26,609 bases of DNA, from NCBI GenBank assembly GCA_964491095.1, contig CAZBFC010000165.1, positions 1-26,609 of the forward strand. Reading direction: 5' to 3'. The notes beneath the pieces were generated by a model that did not search any database, was not told the DNA's origin, and saw nothing but the letters and a program-made list of their open reading frames with translations. Shown piece after piece: positions 26,434 through 26,609 of this stretch; within the stretch, counting starts at the first letter, position 1, and each line of letters opens with the position of its first letter. Both the position numbers and the translations under genes were made by a program. This stretch comes from an uncultured archaeon (GTDB lineage: Archaea; Halobacteriota; Archaeoglobi; Archaeoglobales; Archaeoglobaceae).

Positions 26434-26609
26434 AGATTTCAGAAACGCTCAAGCCGATAATATCTGACCCAAACATCAGAATGATCGTTCTCTATAGGAT
26501 CGACGGAACTCCTATATTAGCCGAAATAAAAGATAAAAATATAAAAATTTTAAACTTATTATATCGACTTGAAAATCAAATAAAAAATATACTTTATCAT
26601 ATATTTAAC
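26424..26609 (+). CDS. Partial ORF, possibly Roadblock/LC7-like; runs off the window edge
   Basis: Hand-translated 62 open codons: MLLEISETLKPIISDPNIRMIVLYRIDGTPILAE...; overlaps the KaiC-like gene by 10 bp. Confidence 0.55.
   Translation, partial: MLLEISETLKPIISDPNIRMIVLYRIDGTPILAEIKDKNIKILNLLYRLENQIKNILYHIFN

Noticed and set aside
1-26609. CRISPR array or IS element
   Set aside because: No regularly spaced repeats, transposase motifs or terminal inverted repeats with target duplications were seen.

Overview
Chromosomal window from an anaerobic archaeon, most likely Archaeoglobaceae; the Icd, GlnA, HisG and RadA sequences and the archaeal BRE/TATA promoters point that way (from recall, not a search). 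Left to right: truncated acs; thyX, nrdG and a redoxin gene separated from nrdD by three opposite-strand membrane-protein genes; two tandem box C/D sRNAs; a type IV pilus locus (ATPase, TadC-like platform, four class III signal-peptide proteins); an unexplained GC-rich structured intergenic element; DUF5658; icd; two membrane proteins; dnaG; an ORFan; a stand-alone LigD-type 3'-phosphoesterase; tRNA-Leu(TAA); hisG; an AAA+ ATPase; manA; a small hypothetical; glnA with a tandem palindromic operator candidate; an Afu-46-like H/ACA RNA; radA; a KaiC-like ATPase; and a truncated downstream ORF. I saw no CRISPR array, transposase, integrase or intein. Best leads: (1) the structured K-loop/G-rich element downstream of the pilins, (2) a ThyX with substituted folate/FAD-site residues that might use methanopterin, (3) a very aromatic-rich pilin, and (4) an unrecognised operator pair upstream of glnA. 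Family assignments and rRNA target matches come from motif recognition and memory and need database confirmation.
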